A program made the position numbers and the translations under genes. A stretch of 64,000 bases of DNA. It comes from Girardia tigrina (taxonomy: Eukaryota). The stretch is from the NCBI GenBank assembly GCA_001938485.1, contig MQRK01177746.1:1-64000 (forward strand). The letters are read 5' to 3'. Below the pieces are notes generated by a model. It saw only the letters and a program-made list of their open reading frames with translations, made no database searches and was not told the origin of the DNA. This document shows, one piece after another, positions 63,288-64,000 of the stretch; position 1 is the stretch's first letter; every line of letters begins with the position of its first letter.

Positions 63288-64000
63288 ACAGGTGCCTCCA
63301 AATTAAAAGGAAATCTTCTGACTTTTTGTATGATTGAATGGGGTGCATCTTCTTTCAGTTATATTGAGACTTCTTGGTTCGACATCGATATTAATTTATC
63401 CGTCAAGAAATTCATGTCCATTTCATCGTTATTGATTGCTGCAATTTCCGGAGCAATAGCTATTCGTAGTGCTATTATTGCGTCCATTCCTAAAATTGCA
63501 TTATTTGCCTCACTTATTAAAAAATCAATTTATGCTCTTCTTCCTTTGAATTTTATCACTAGGTTCTGTAGCCATCCTTTGATTGAAATTGGTGATGAAT
63601 CAAAATTTGAGCATCTGATGTTAGAGACCTGTTTTATTTCGTTACCGAAATATCTCTTTGCGAAGTCCTGTGGGAGAATTGAAACTTCGGAGCCCGTATC
63701 AATGAGCATCTTCATTGTGGTCGTCGATCCTGACTCTCTTTGAATCACGATATCGGTCATTGGTCTCTCCGTTCTCTGGAGTATGCTGCGTGGCATATTA
63801 TTAATGTTTGCAATAACACCAGCCACTGATTTTTGATGTTTTGCCTGTTTGTCCCATTTTGGAGCAGTTTCTGCAGGTGCTTCTTTTTGCTGGGCAGTCC
63901 GGGAAATCTGCTTTGTTTTTCTTTGAGCCGCATCGGTAGCATTCCGTGTTCTGTCTCTCCGGTCCTCTGTAATCCGGCCATTTTTTTCCAGATGTCGCCG

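Larger units (their letters stand above)
53802..64000 (-). mobile_element. Gypsy LTR retrotransposon B (host element): gag zinc knuckle, protease, RT, RNase H, integrase, 3' LTR 53802-54419; carries two nested insertions
   Basis: LIDTGSEVS protease (63826-63530); RT YLDD (61870-60868); RNase H resumes at 55962; integrase HEGHQG..WWPGM..DNGPQF; PPT aaagaaagaagaag followed by TGTAG...TCACA. Confidence 0.92.

Overview
This is very AT-rich, repeat-dominated eukaryotic DNA with assembly gaps. An invertebrate source is inferred, and the composition, short introns and paralogous TRAF genes fit a planarian-type flatworm; the sequence alone cannot prove this. Host-type genes are a TIGAR-like histidine phosphatase (three micro-exons missed by the ORF track), two TRAF paralogues (one intact, one cut off in the MATH domain by a Penelope-like element) and an intronless threonyl-tRNA synthetase pseudogene. 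Most of the rest is nested transposon debris: Gypsy elements and solo LTRs with identifiable target-site duplications (TSDs), Bel/Pao, Penelope, mariner/Tc1, pogo/Tigger, hAT and MULE. Two regions are not explained by standard element anatomy. (1) At about 21.2-23.75 kb, a compact cassette carries a miniature intronless TBP-like gene and an array of RFX X-box motifs partly phased at 21 bp, ending in a possible Polinton-like terminus. (2) At 9.76-13.8 kb, the 3' end of an LTR element carries a degenerate envelope-like type I membrane protein ORF that I cannot assign to a family, and a 1.47-kb LTR with internal inverted hairpin-bearing arms. All calls come from reading the sequence by eye; no database searches were run.
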